From Candidatus Hadarchaeota archaeon (GTDB taxonomy: Archaea; Hadarchaeota; Hadarchaeia; Hadarchaeales; Hadarchaeaceae), in assembly GCA_964514965.1 (NCBI GenBank), contig CAZETV010000002.1:188545-220544 (forward strand): DNA of 32,000 nt, read 5' to 3'. A program made the position numbers and the translations under genes. The first letter of the stretch is position 1. Every line of letters starts with the position of its first letter. This document shows positions 19,664 through 29,303 of this stretch, one piece after another. The notes under the pieces are model-generated. The model ran no database searches, was not told the DNA's origin, and worked only from the letters and a program-made list of their open reading frames with translations.

Positions 19664-19879
19664 TTATCTCAATCGTTGACACGTTGGATTTCCCGCCTTC
19701 CTAGTCGTGATCTCCTCGATGCCAGTACGAATCTCCTTCACCTTAATACCCGAAAGGAACTGTCTTCTAGCTATCTCGGTGGCATCGACTGTCCAATCCC
19801 ACGAGGAAGAAAAGGCGCAAAGGCTGAAAGGTGGTACTCTATCCAATTTCTTTTTACTGGGAATTTTAATCCCGGCCAT
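19664..19879 (-). CDS. Possible small protein downstream of rpoN
   Basis: 71-aa ORF whose ATG lies 12 nt after the rpoN stop, on the same strand as the operon. No recognisable motif, so it could be non-coding. Confidence 0.35.
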   Translation of the reverse strand: MAGIKIPSKKKLDRVPPFSLCAFSSSWDWTVDATEIARRQFLSGIKVKEIRTGIEEITTRKAGNPTCQRLR

Positions 19880-19891
19880 ACAGCTTGCCCA

Positions 19892-20083
19892 TTAGCGCTT
19901 GAATTTCGCTATTTCTTCCGTCAGGTCTATGCTCGTGAGTATCGTACTCCTGCAACAGTAGCGCTTGATTCCCAACTCGTCGAGTACTCGCTTAGGCTCC
20001 TCCCCTCTTTTGACGCGCTGCTCGAACTCTTCGTACTTGTTGCCCAGCAGCTTGCCGCAAGTTATACAACGAACTACCCGCAT
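19892..20083 (-). CDS. rpoN: DNA-directed RNA polymerase subunit N (Rpo10/RpoN)
   Basis: 63 aa from the ATG at 20083: MRVVRCITCGKLLGNKYEEFEQRV...LGIKRYCCRSTILTSIDL (zinc-binding CxxC...CC). Confidence 0.9.
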   Translation of the reverse strand: MRVVRCITCGKLLGNKYEEFEQRVKRGEEPKRVLDELGIKRYCCRSTILTSIDLTEEIAKFKR

Positions 20084-20087
20084 GCAA

Positions 20088-20486
20088 TCACCTGTAGCTC
20101 TTCTGATATTTTGCGCGCGCGCCGGGCCCTCCCGGTTTTTTGGGCTCCTTGAAGCGCACATCGCTCTTTATCAAAGTCCAGTCGTGCTGCTTAAAAAGCT
20201 CACGTACTTCAGGGGCACCCGACCACTCGATGAGTCCTCTGGCGATAGCCGTGCGAACGGCATCAGCCTGCCCCATGAAACCCCCACCCTCGACGCTAAC
20301 CTCGATGTCAACGCGACGTGCGAGCTCGGGCACTAAAGCCAATGGCTCAAAAATCTTGCGTCGCGCGAGTTCCGGTTCGTAAACCTCGAGCGCGCAGCGG
20401 TTGACAAAAACTTGCCCTTTACCATCCCTAACTCTGGCCCTAGCAAGTGCAGCCTTACGTCTGCCAGTTGCGAGTACAACCTTCAT
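20088..20486 (-). CDS. rps9: 30S ribosomal protein S9 (uS9)
   Basis: 132 aa with GGGFMGQADAVRTAIARGL and a C-terminal ...KYQKSYR. Confidence 0.95.
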   Translation of the reverse strand: MKVVLATGRRKAALARARVRDGKGQVFVNRCALEVYEPELARRKIFEPLALVPELARRVDIEVSVEGGGFMGQADAVRTAIARGLIEWSGAPEVRELFKQHDWTLIKSDVRFKEPKKPGGPGARAKYQKSYR

Positions 20487-20920
20487 CAGAATCTCGCTCC
20501 TAAGTGTTTGCTGAGGTTCTCAACTCTTATAAAACGTCGTGTGCCGAGCCGCTTAAGGCTGGCTTCAGGCAAATCTTGTATTTCCTTGCCGGCGAGCTCT
20601 TGTGGCACCCCGATGTAAACACGGAGGCGATGATAGGCCGACCGCCCTTTAGGTTTGTCGAAGGGCAGCATTCCTCTAATAGCCCGACGTACGAGTTCCT
20701 CAGGGCGCTTAAGATGGAAAGGCCCCTTGCGGGGGTTAGTAAGGTTTCGAACCTCAAGCCAAGCATCGTAAACGCCAAAGGTAGCTTCTTTTCTACCGGA
20801 AACTACGATCTTTTCGGAGTTCACCACAATCACATGTTCACCATCGAGCAGACGTTTCGCCACGAAGCTCGCGAGCCTCCCCAAGACCAAATCCTCTCCA
20901 TCAATTATCACGTTTCTCAC
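20486..20920 (-). CDS. rpl13: 50S ribosomal protein L13 (uL13)
   Basis: 144 aa. IIDGEDLVLGRLASFVAKRLLDGEHVIVVNSEKIVVSG. Canonical position upstream of S9. Confidence 0.95.
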   Translation of the reverse strand: MRNVIIDGEDLVLGRLASFVAKRLLDGEHVIVVNSEKIVVSGRKEATFGVYDAWLEVRNLTNPRKGPFHLKRPEELVRRAIRGMLPFDKPKGRSAYHRLRVYIGVPQELAGKEIQDLPEASLKRLGTRRFIRVENLSKHLGARF

Positions 20921-21282
20921 TCCATCAGTTTGATGTCTTTGCCATTCGGGTTTTGCTCGAATAGCTGTTGAATAGTCAGAACATTACCGCCAGCGGTCAC
21001 TATTTTTCGTCTAGCCGCGCCCGAGAACTTAAAAGCAGCAACGGAGATTGCGTGATTCAATTTGCCAGCAGCTAAGACCTTGCCAGGTACGACAATTGTG
21101 CTCCCCTCGCCAGAATAACGGTTCAGCTGGCTAAGATTGACTTCTGCCCGAGCTCGGCGAGGCTGCTCGAGACGCTCCGCTAAATCACGCCAAAGACTTA
21201 CCTTTTGCTTTTTACCTCTTGCCCGAAGCTCTCTCACGAGCCTTCGCAGCACGGGGTTCGTTGGTCCTGTTGGTCTCGGCAT
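20917..21282 (-). CDS. rpl18e: 50S ribosomal protein L18e
   Basis: 121 aa. PTNPVLRRLVRELR...LWRDLAERL...VNLSQLNRY...VVPGKVLAAG. A TATA-like TTTATTTTAAGG and GAGGTG lie upstream. Confidence 0.92.
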   Translation of the reverse strand: MPRPTGPTNPVLRRLVRELRARGKKQKVSLWRDLAERLEQPRRARAEVNLSQLNRYSGEGSTIVVPGKVLAAGKLNHAISVAAFKFSGAARRKIVTAGGNVLTIQQLFEQNPNGKDIKLME

Positions 21283-21437
21283 TTAGACACCTCAAACAGT
21301 TGACACATTTTCTAGCTTCCTTAAAATAAACCTATGGTGGTGCGAGCGGAAAGGGGTTAAGCACAAATCACGAACTCTTTTGGAGTCGCTGTTGCAAGAG
21401 TCCGGCTATCCGTTTGAATAAGCGTGAAACGAAAAGA

Positions 21438-23045
21438 TTAAGTTTTGATTCTTTTAGCGAGAGCTGCTTTGATAAAAGCGCTGAACACTGACGCTGGTCT
21501 AGCTGGTCTTGACTTGTACTCTGGATGAAATTGGGTGGCCAAGAAGAACGGATGCTTTGAGAGTTCTAGAATCTCCATGCGTCTCCTGTCGGGCGATTTT
21601 CCCGAGAAAACTAGCCCAGCTTTGCTTAACTTATCTATATAGCACGGATTAACTTCGTAGCGATGTCTGTGTCGCTCGGAAATTCGCTCGCTTCTGTAAA
21701 TCTTGAAAGCTTTCGTCCCCTTAGTGATACGCACTTCATGCGCTCCGAGCCTCATCGTTCCACCCATCTCTTTGACCTTCTTCTGTTCGGGGAGAAGATC
21801 GATTACGGGGTGAGAAGTTCTAGAATCTATCTCTGCGCTGGCGGCCCGCTTCAAACCCAAGACGTTTCTAGCGAATTCTACGACCGCAAGCTGGAAACCA
21901 AAGCATAAACCTAAGAAGGGTATCGAGTGTTTGCGCGAATAACCTATCGCAGCTATTTTTCCTTCAACCCCCCGCGAACCGAACCCGCCCGGCACAAGGA
22001 CGCCATTGTACGCGGTCAATGTTTCAAGTTTATCTTTGCATTCTTCGTACGTCTCAGCATCTATCCAATCTATCTCGACTCTACAATCGTGCCAACCTGC
22101 AGCGTGCTTAAGGGCTTCATTTATGCTTAAGTAAGTGTCCGCGAACTTGATGTATTTTCCAACCATCGCGATTTTCACAACTCTCTGCGCGCGCTCCATA
22201 CGGTCAACAATTTTTTTCCATCCCTCGAGATTCCTCTCCTTTAGCGGGAGATTTAGCCTTTCCAGTAACTTAGTGCATAGGCCCTCTTTCTCAAGCCAAA
22301 GAGGTACTCTATAAATATTTTCAACATCAGGAGCACTTACCACGGCACCTTCCGGGACGTTGCAGAATAGTGAGATCTTCCGCTTCGCCTCTTCATCGAG
22401 AGGTTTCTCCGCCCTGCAAACGATGACATCAGGTGTTATGCCGATTTCGAGAAGCTCCTTGACCGAGTGCTGGGTGGGTTTGGTCTTTTGTTCGCCCACC
22501 ACATTTAGCACTGGCACCAATGTGACATGAACGAAAATCACGTTAGTCTGTCCTTCCTCAAGCCTCAACTGCCGAACAGCCTCAAGGAAAGGCATACTCT
22601 CGATATCTCCCACCGTGCCCCCAATTTCAACCAAGCAAATGTCTGCTCCGCTTTTCTTCGCGACTTGCCGAATGCGATTTTTGATCACATCGGTGACGTG
22701 AGGGATTATCTGAACCGTACGACCCAAGTAGTCGCCTTTTCGCTCTTTCCTTATTACCTCGTCATAAATCTGCCCAGTTGTGATATTGTGATCTTTTGTC
22801 AGATTGATGTCTAGGAAACGTTCATAGTGCCCCATGTCCAAATCTATCTCGCCTCCATCCTCAGTCACGAAAATTTCACCGTGCTCAAAAGGGTTCATAG
22901 TCCCCGCGTCGACATTTAGATAAGGATCGATTTTGATTGCTGTGATTTCAAATTTGCACGATTGAAGTAGCTTTCCTATCGAGGCCGCGGTTATACCTTT
23001 CCCAAGACCGCTAATCACCCCGCCAGTAACGACGATATATTTCAT
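21438..23045 (-). CDS. pyrG: CTP synthase
   Basis: [24 protein letters not shown] at the N-terminus. The C-terminal GATase has GLCFGFQ and HRHRYEVN. The ORF track starts 6 codons earlier. Confidence 0.95.
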   Translation of the reverse strand: MKYIVVTGGVISGLGKGITAASIGKLLQSCKFEITAIKIDPYLNVDAGTMNPFEHGEIFVTEDGGEIDLDMGHYERFLDINLTKDHNITTGQIYDEVIRKERKGDYLGRTVQIIPHVTDVIKNRIRQVAKKSGADICLVEIGGTVGDIESMPFLEAVRQLRLEEGQTNVIFVHVTLVPVLNVVGEQKTKPTQHSVKELLEIGITPDVIVCRAEKPLDEEAKRKISLFCNVPEGAVVSAPDVENIYRVPLWLEKEGLCTKLLERLNLPLKERNLEGWKKIVDRMERAQRVVKIAMVGKYIKFADTYLSINEALKHAAGWHDCRVEIDWIDAETYEECKDKLETLTAYNGVLVPGGFGSRGVEGKIAAIGYSRKHSIPFLGLCFGFQLAVVEFARNVLGLKRAASAEIDSRTSHPVIDLLPEQKKVKEMGGTMRLGAHEVRITKGTKAFKIYRSERISERHRHRYEVNPCYIDKLSKAGLVFSGKSPDRRRMEILELSKHPFFLATQFHPEYKSRPARPASVFSAFIKAALAKRIKT

Positions 23046-23151
23046 CCGCTCACCTACGTACATCCAATATTTTCCTTTACGCTTTTAAATCCATAAATAT
23101 CGAGGCAATGTTTGATGGTGCACCACACATTTTTTCTCCAACCACATAAAA

Positions 23152-24660
23152 TCACGAAGTTTCATATATCCTCCCGATTTCCCTCTCTCCCTTATCAAAT
23201 CTAGCTTTCATCTCATCTGCCAGTTTTTGTGCGAGCGCTGTTGGATACCGGCAGGTGAGACAGCCAAGGCAAAGTTCATTCCTCCCCAAACCCGTTGCTT
23301 TGACGAAATTTTCAAGCGATTGATAGTGCACCGAATCTGCCCCGATGATCTTCGCCACTCCGGCCGCATCATTATTCGCCCCAATCAGCTCGCCGAAAGT
23401 CGCCATGTCAATACCATAGAAGCACGGAGATATTATCCGCGGGAAGGTGATATACATGTGCACCTCTTTCGCCCCCGCCTCCCTAATCTTTTTAATCACC
23501 CTACGGCAGGTGTCGCCCCTCACGATAGAATCCTCGACTACTGCAACTCGTTTTCCCTTTATCTCGCGCCCCACATTCAATTTCTTAGTTATTATCGTCT
23601 CGCGCTCTTTGGACTTGACGATGAACGCACGATCCGTCACATAACGGTGCCTCCTCAGTGCCCGTTCCCAAGGGATTCCTGTTTGTTCGTGCAACCCATA
23701 AGTCGCGTCGTCACCGGTCTCTGGTATCGAAACTACGACTTCAGCTTTCTTCGCTATGTCTGGGTCTTCCTTCCCCAGATTCCTCCCGAAAGCTTCCCTA
23801 ATTTTGTACACGGGCTTAGTGCCGTTTAAAACTGAATCAGGTCTAGCAAAATATGCAAACTCAAAACTACAGAAAGCTCGCTTTTCACATTTAACAATCT
23901 GCTCTCGTTTAAAGCCTTCCTTAGACCAAGTCAGCAGTTCACCCGGTTTCACCTCGGACTCATACCGAAAATTATTGATTCTTAGACCAACGTTCTCCGA
24001 GGCCACCGCGAAAACCGCATTGTCCTCGCTGCACCCGTAACAGAGAGGTTTTATCCCCAAAGGATCCCTAAATGCGAAAAAATCTCCATCTTGATTCAAC
24101 CCAATGACGGAAAAAGACCCCTCCACTTCTCGCATACAATCAGATACGGCGGAGGCCAAATCGGAGCCATTCAACCCATGCATCAATTTTTTGGCGATCA
24201 GCTCCACATCCGATGAGGAGGATAGACCCCCAAACTCCGATTTGAACTCCGCCTTGAGCTGTGCGACATTGACGAGGTTACCATTATACGCGAGACCAAT
24301 CTTGGCTTTCGCATCACCCACGATGAATGGTTGGGCATCCCCCCAAAGCCGTTGTTTAGCGTCCCTGCCAGAGGTGACATACCTAACGTGTCCTATGCCA
24401 GTGCTCCCTCCAAGTTTCTTGAATAACCTCTGAATGAGAGGATGTCTTACGGGCGGCAAAAGACCCAGTCCGTGGTGCAGCCTAAACCCTTCGGCGGACG
24501 TGAGGAAACCGTAAGAATGATGCCCACGGTGGTTTTGGGATATCAACCCCCAATAGATATAAGGGATTACCGGTCTGCTATCGAAACTATAGGCTCCGAA
24601 GACTCCACAGGATTCTCCTAGCGAATCAGACATGGCAACAAAGTTAGAGCCAGGCGACAT
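23152..24660 (-). CDS. purF: Amidophosphoribosyltransferase (glutamine PRPP amidotransferase)
   Basis: Propeptide followed by the CGVFG N-terminal nucleophile, a PRTase motif VAVVEDSIVRGDT, and C-terminal Cys ligands (CLGCLTC). Confidence 0.95.
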   Translation of the reverse strand: MSPGSNFVAMSDSLGESCGVFGAYSFDSRPVIPYIYWGLISQNHRGHHSYGFLTSAEGFRLHHGLGLLPPVRHPLIQRLFKKLGGSTGIGHVRYVTSGRDAKQRLWGDAQPFIVGDAKAKIGLAYNGNLVNVAQLKAEFKSEFGGLSSSSDVELIAKKLMHGLNGSDLASAVSDCMREVEGSFSVIGLNQDGDFFAFRDPLGIKPLCYGCSEDNAVFAVASENVGLRINNFRYESEVKPGELLTWSKEGFKREQIVKCEKRAFCSFEFAYFARPDSVLNGTKPVYKIREAFGRNLGKEDPDIAKKAEVVVSIPETGDDATYGLHEQTGIPWERALRRHRYVTDRAFIVKSKERETIITKKLNVGREIKGKRVAVVEDSIVRGDTCRRVIKKIREAGAKEVHMYITFPRIISPCFYGIDMATFGELIGANNDAAGVAKIIGADSVHYQSLENFVKATGLGRNELCLGCLTCRYPTALAQKLADEMKARFDKGEREIGRIYETS

Positions 24661-24663
24661 TTG

Positions 24664-25746
24664 TCATCTCCTTTTATTTTTCAACATCTCAACGAAGCGG
24701 TCAAAAAGGTACTGATTATCCTGCGGTCCTGGGGAGCCTTCCGGATGATATTGCACGGAGAAAACAGGGAGTTCCTCGTGATCGATTCCTTCAACCGTGC
24801 CGTCGTTGCAGTTGATTTTTGTAACTTTGAATCCAGTACCTTGTAGGCTTTCCGCGTCAATCGCAAAACCGTGGTTCTGCGCGGTTATGTGAACTTTCCC
24901 AGTTTGAAGGTCCTTAACTGGCTGATTAGTCCCGCGATGTCCAAACTTGAGTTTAAAAGTCTTCGTTCCAGCAGCCAAAGCCAAAATTTGATTACCCAAA
25001 CATATACCCATAATCGGATATTTTTCCATTAGTTGCCCAACGGTCTTGTGGAGGTGGGTCAAAACCGCTGGGTCACCCGGGCCATTTGATATCACGATGC
25101 CATCTGGCTCCAATGCCTCAATTTGGCTCACGTCCATCGTTGCGGGAACAGCGATTACTGAGAGTCCTCTTTTGACTAGACTTCTGAGGATACTTCTTTT
25201 AACTCCGCAGTCGATGAGCACGATTTTTAACTTACCCCCATTGCCAAATCTGTTTATTTCCTTCCGAGTTGTTTCCCCAACCAAGTCCTGCTCTGAAATG
25301 TCTGGATGCTTCCTAACCTTTTCAAGCAACTCTTCGACATGGGGCTCTTTACCTTCATAAGTAACCATGCCGCATTTCATCGTGCCATATTTTCTAACCT
25401 TGATCGTTAACGCGCGAGTATCCACGCTCATGATGCCAGGAATCTTGAATTCCTCCAAGAACTCTTCGAGCTTTTTTGTTCCCTTCCAATGAGATGGCTC
25501 CTCGCAGAGTTCCCTGAGTACCAATCCCTTAACCCAAATTCTATCTGACTCGAACCAATCGGGATGCACTTTGTAGTTCCCAATCAACGGATAGGTAAAC
25601 ATCAGGATTTGCCCATTGTAAGAAGGGTCCGTCAAAGACTCAACGTAGCCTGTCATCGATGTGTTGAAAACGATTTCACCAAGCGCTTCCCTTTTAGCTC
25701 CTAATCCCGCTCCCCTGAATACTGTTCCATCTTCGAGCACTAGCAT
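24664..25746 (-). CDS. carA: Carbamoyl-phosphate synthase small (glutaminase) subunit
   Basis: MLVLEDGTVFRGAGLG N-terminus. GATase triad context: ICLGNQILALA, QNHGFAID and QYHPEGSPGP. The TTG at 25788 (ORF track) would overlap the nrpR stop. Confidence 0.93.
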   Translation of the reverse strand: MLVLEDGTVFRGAGLGAKREALGEIVFNTSMTGYVESLTDPSYNGQILMFTYPLIGNYKVHPDWFESDRIWVKGLVLRELCEEPSHWKGTKKLEEFLEEFKIPGIMSVDTRALTIKVRKYGTMKCGMVTYEGKEPHVEELLEKVRKHPDISEQDLVGETTRKEINRFGNGGKLKIVLIDCGVKRSILRSLVKRGLSVIAVPATMDVSQIEALEPDGIVISNGPGDPAVLTHLHKTVGQLMEKYPIMGICLGNQILALAAGTKTFKLKFGHRGTNQPVKDLQTGKVHITAQNHGFAIDAESLQGTGFKVTKINCNDGTVEGIDHEELPVFSVQYHPEGSPGPQDNQYLFDRFVEMLKNKRR

Positions 25747-25784
25747 CGCTTTAATGTTCTCGCTCAGATTTGAGTGGTGGGATT

Positions 25785-26771
25785 TCAAATTTTTTTCAAC
25801 TCCTTAACAGAGATGAGGCAGTGCGGTGCAAATGTTTCGATCTTGGCTCCGCGTTCTTTCATGATGACAGCGGGTATCAACCCACCAACCATAGAAATTC
25901 CAACTCTGTCCATGCTTACTGGAATACCCAGAATGGCTTCATTGGGCTTACCAAAGGCTAAGATTCCACCCCATCCTTTATCTTTTAGGTTTGAAATCAC
26001 TCGTTGCGTAGCATCCCCCGCAGTCATTGGAAGCTCTCTTAAACCAGCGGTTAACATCCCAGAACCGGTCTTGAGGACGCTATCTATTGAAGTCATGCCC
26101 CTGTAAACGAACACCTCCAGAGGCGGTATTGTTGTTCCATTGTAGGAAATCAGCTCCACGAAGCGGATGGGTTTGTATTTCAAAAATTGAACCAGACCTC
26201 CATAAGTAGGGATTATCGGAATACCTGAGTGCATAAGGACGCCATCTATTGTAAGATTGCAAACGGTAAAAATAGCTATTTGCCCTTTTGGAACGGATAT
26301 TTCGCCATGTTCTTCTCCTTCATCCAACACTTTGATGTAAGGAGCCAACAGGAGATCCTTTTCGTGGAGGGAATCCAAGACCTTGAGAACCCGATCGTGA
26401 AGGGCCTTGTCCACGAAGGAAACATTAGCGACCACCTTTCCTTTATCACTCCTAGGTTCGTAAGTCACAGTATACGCTAAAGATAGGAAACGCGTGGTAA
26501 CGAAGCCCACTCTTTCATAAGCTAACGCCCTGCCAAGCTCTTTTAGTCCCTCCTGAGTTATCGTTCTCCCACTCCGATCATGCCCATGAATGAGACCTCT
26601 AGCTTGTAATAATTGAAGGTGATATCTTATCGCCCTCTCGCTGAGCAGAAAACCTCTTCTCCTCAGTTCTCGGCTAAGCATCGTAGAGCCTAAGGGTTTA
26701 TCATGCCCGCTCAAAGCCTTTAAAATCTCAATCTCCTTCCTGTTGCTCTCGTTCTGCCCAGAATCAAGCAT
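25785..26771 (-). CDS. nrpR: NrpR-family nitrogen regulatory repressor (wHTH plus a single NRD/DUF128-type domain)
   Basis: 328 aa. EILKALSGHDKPLGSTMLSRELRRRGFLLSERAIRYHLQLLQARGLI (wHTH) is followed by an NRD-like region (...VCNLTIDGVLMHSGIPI...). It is divergent from glnA. Confidence 0.8.
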   Translation of the reverse strand: MLDSGQNESNRKEIEILKALSGHDKPLGSTMLSRELRRRGFLLSERAIRYHLQLLQARGLIHGHDRSGRTITQEGLKELGRALAYERVGFVTTRFLSLAYTVTYEPRSDKGKVVANVSFVDKALHDRVLKVLDSLHEKDLLLAPYIKVLDEGEEHGEISVPKGQIAIFTVCNLTIDGVLMHSGIPIIPTYGGLVQFLKYKPIRFVELISYNGTTIPPLEVFVYRGMTSIDSVLKTGSGMLTAGLRELPMTAGDATQRVISNLKDKGWGGILAFGKPNEAILGIPVSMDRVGISMVGGLIPAVIMKERGAKIETFAPHCLISVKELKKI

Positions 26772-26806
26772 GCCCTACCCGAAAATCACTACAACCTCTA
26801 CCCTTA

Positions 26807-26828
26807 AATAGGTAAACGGCTACCTATT
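26807..26828. promoter_or_regulatory. Perfect 8-bp inverted repeat AATAGGTA-N6-TACCTATT overlapping the TATA-like TTAAATA between nrpR and glnA; candidate NrpR operator
   Basis: Read directly. The core GGTA-N6-TACC has the geometry of the published NrpR operator GGAA-N6-TTCC. Confidence 0.55.
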
Positions 26829-26842
26829 ACCGAGGATAGACC

Positions 26843-28171
26843 ATGGTAAGCCACACTAAAGAAGATGTCTTAAAGGTTGTAACTGAGAATGATGTCAGGT
26901 TCATAAGGCTTTGGTTTACCGATATCTTGGGGCAACTGAAGAGTTTTTCCATTACATCAGGGGAATTAGAGACAGCTTTTACCGAAGGGATGGGATTTGA
27001 TGGTTCGTCCATAAAAGGTTTTGCACGAATCGATGAGAGCGATATGATCGCCAAACCGGACCCCACAACCTTTACTATTCTTCCTTGGAGACCAAAAGAA
27101 AAAGCTGTTGCGAGGATGTTTTGTGACATTCTGGAACCGGACGGGAGACCCCACGAAGGTGACCCTCGCTATATATTGAAGCGAAATTTGGAGCGATTGA
27201 AGGAAAAAAATTATACTTTTTACGTCGGGCCTGAAGTAGAGTATTTTTACTTTAAAGATGCAGAGCATCCAGACGTTTTAGACAAGGGCGGGTACTTTGA
27301 CCTCACTACCTTAGATGCAGCGAGCGACTTACGAAGAGACACGATTTTGACATTGGAAGCAATGGGAGTAAAGGCTGAATATAGCCATCACGAAGTCGCG
27401 CCTTCTCAACATGAGATAGACCTGTACTATATGGACGCACTTACCATGGCCGATAACGTAATGACTTACAAGGTAGTGGTGAAGGAGATTGCACACAAAT
27501 ACGGCTACTATGCTACCTTCATGCCCAAGCCGATCTTCGGGGAAAATGGAAGTGGGATGCATACTCACCAATCTTTGTTCAAAGGAGACAAAAACGTCTT
27601 CTTTGATGCAAGTGATGAATATCACCTATCCCCAATTGCTAAAGGATACATCGCTGGATTGCTAAAACATGCCCCGGAAATCACCGCCATTACTAACCAA
27701 TGGGTCAATTCTTACAAGAGGCTGGTCCCCGGCTATGAGGCGCCAGTTTATCTAAGTTGGGCTCGTCGGAATAGGTCCACGTTAGTAAGAGTGCCCATGT
27801 ACAAACCAGGGAAGGAGAAGGCCACACGAATTGAATTCCGTAGTCCAGATCCAGCTTGCAATCCTTATTTGGCATTTGCTGTTATGCTAGCAGCTGGACT
27901 CGAGGGAATTGAGAAAGGATATTCGCTTCCGGGTCCAATCGAAAAAGATGTTTACCACCTCAGCGAAAAAGAAAGAAAAAAACTGGGCGTAGAAACACTT
28001 CCGGGAAGCTTGGTTGAGGCTATAGAATTAGCGGAAAAAAGCGAGCTGATGCACAAGACCTTAGGGGCCCATATTTTCAACAATTTTATCGAGAGCAAAA
28101 AGGTTGAGTGGGACAATTATAGAAAACAAATCCACCCTTGGGAAGTGAAAGAGTACCTCCCTATCCTGTAG
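26843..28171 (+). CDS. glnA: Glutamine synthetase, type I
   Basis: 442 aa with FMPKPIFGENGSGMHTHQSLF, NSYKRLVPGYEAP and the RIEFRSPDPACNPYLA signatures. Confidence 0.96.
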   Translation: MVSHTKEDVLKVVTENDVRFIRLWFTDILGQLKSFSITSGELETAFTEGMGFDGSSIKGFARIDESDMIAKPDPTTFTILPWRPKEKAVARMFCDILEPDGRPHEGDPRYILKRNLERLKEKNYTFYVGPEVEYFYFKDAEHPDVLDKGGYFDLTTLDAASDLRRDTILTLEAMGVKAEYSHHEVAPSQHEIDLYYMDALTMADNVMTYKVVVKEIAHKYGYYATFMPKPIFGENGSGMHTHQSLFKGDKNVFFDASDEYHLSPIAKGYIAGLLKHAPEITAITNQWVNSYKRLVPGYEAPVYLSWARRNRSTLVRVPMYKPGKEKATRIEFRSPDPACNPYLAFAVMLAAGLEGIEKGYSLPGPIEKDVYHLSEKERKKLGVETLPGSLVEAIELAEKSELMHKTLGAHIFNNFIESKKVEWDNYRKQIHPWEVKEYLPIL

Positions 28172-28218
28172 GAATCTGGGGTTTGAAAAGATGAAATCCT
28201 CGGGAAAAAGGTGGAAAA

Positions 28219-29301
28219 ATGAATCGCTATCTGGAAAAAGAAAGAAGTGGCTGTTCCCTTGTGGGGATAATGAACGAACAGGGAAAGAGATTTAGCGGCA
28301 AATTAGTGATAAAATCTATCGCCGTGATGCGCGAACGGGCAAATGGTTTGGGCGCGGGGTTCGCCGGTTATGGTATATACCCCAAATACAGCGATTTTTA
28401 CGCCTTCCATTTGCTGTATGATAACGATAAAGCCAAAGATTTAACTGAGGAATACTTAGAAAAAAATTATCTAATCCAGAAAGACGAAGCCATTCCGTCT
28501 AGGGAAGTAGAGGCAATAAAAAATTCACCCTGTATCTGGCGATATTTTCTAAAGATAAAAGAAGAGAGAAAAGAAGAACGTTGCGACCTTGCTGAAGAAG
28601 ATTTCATTGTCAAAACAGTGATGGACATAAACACCGGCATTGACGGGGCATTTGTATTCTCAAGTGGGAAAAACATGGGCATCTTTAAAGGCGTAGGTTT
28701 TCCTGAAGACATCGGCGCCTTTTACAGGTTGGAGGATTATAAAGGCTACAACTGGATTGCCCACGGGAGATTTCCAACAAACACGGGCGCATGGTGGGGG
28801 GGAGCTCATCCTTTAGGGCTTTTAGATTGGTCTGTGGTCCATAACGGAGAGATTTCATCTTACGGGACAAACAGAAGGTTTTTGCTCAACTACGGATATC
28901 ACTGTGCCCTTTTTACTGACACAGAGGTAATGACATACCTCTTCGACCTGCTGGCGAGAAAACACAAACTAGATTTTGGGGTGATATCAAAAATTCTCGC
29001 CGCCCCATTTTGGGATGAGATAGATAGAGCCCAGAACGGCGAATCTACGTTGGTTAAGGCCCTGCGCATGACTTATAGCAGCGCTCTGGTTAACGGCCCG
29101 TTCTCGGTTATAGTGGGGCGCAACAGGGAATTGGTGGGCCTAAACGATCGCATCAAGTTAAGGCCGTTAGTAGCTGGAAGAAAAGATGATATGCTCTATA
29201 TGTCTAGCGAAGAGTCCGGCATTAGGGAAGTATGTCCTTCGCCTGACAGAGTCTGGGCGCCGAAAGCGGGAGAGCCGGTAATCGGACGGTTGAGGGGGTA
29301 A
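28219..29301 (+). CDS. Glutamate synthase, class-II glutamine amidotransferase subunit (archaeal split GltS)
   Basis: 360 aa. Short propeptide then CSLVGIM (N-terminal nucleophile Cys). AHGRFPTNT and HNGEISSYG motifs are typical of Ntn GATases. Confidence 0.85.
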   Translation: MNRYLEKERSGCSLVGIMNEQGKRFSGKLVIKSIAVMRERANGLGAGFAGYGIYPKYSDFYAFHLLYDNDKAKDLTEEYLEKNYLIQKDEAIPSREVEAIKNSPCIWRYFLKIKEERKEERCDLAEEDFIVKTVMDINTGIDGAFVFSSGKNMGIFKGVGFPEDIGAFYRLEDYKGYNWIAHGRFPTNTGAWWGGAHPLGLLDWSVVHNGEISSYGTNRRFLLNYGYHCALFTDTEVMTYLFDLLARKHKLDFGVISKILAAPFWDEIDRAQNGESTLVKALRMTYSSALVNGPFSVIVGRNRELVGLNDRIKLRPLVAGRKDDMLYMSSEESGIREVCPSPDRVWAPKAGEPVIGRLRG

Positions 29302-29303
29302 AA

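Noticed and set aside
19634-20152. 172-aa + strand ORF
   Set aside because: It lies antisense across rpoN and the 3' end of rps9, both of which are unambiguous.
26827-27129. 100-aa minus-strand ORFs inside glnA (26827..27129 and 26966..27268)
   Set aside because: They are antisense to glutamine synthetase.
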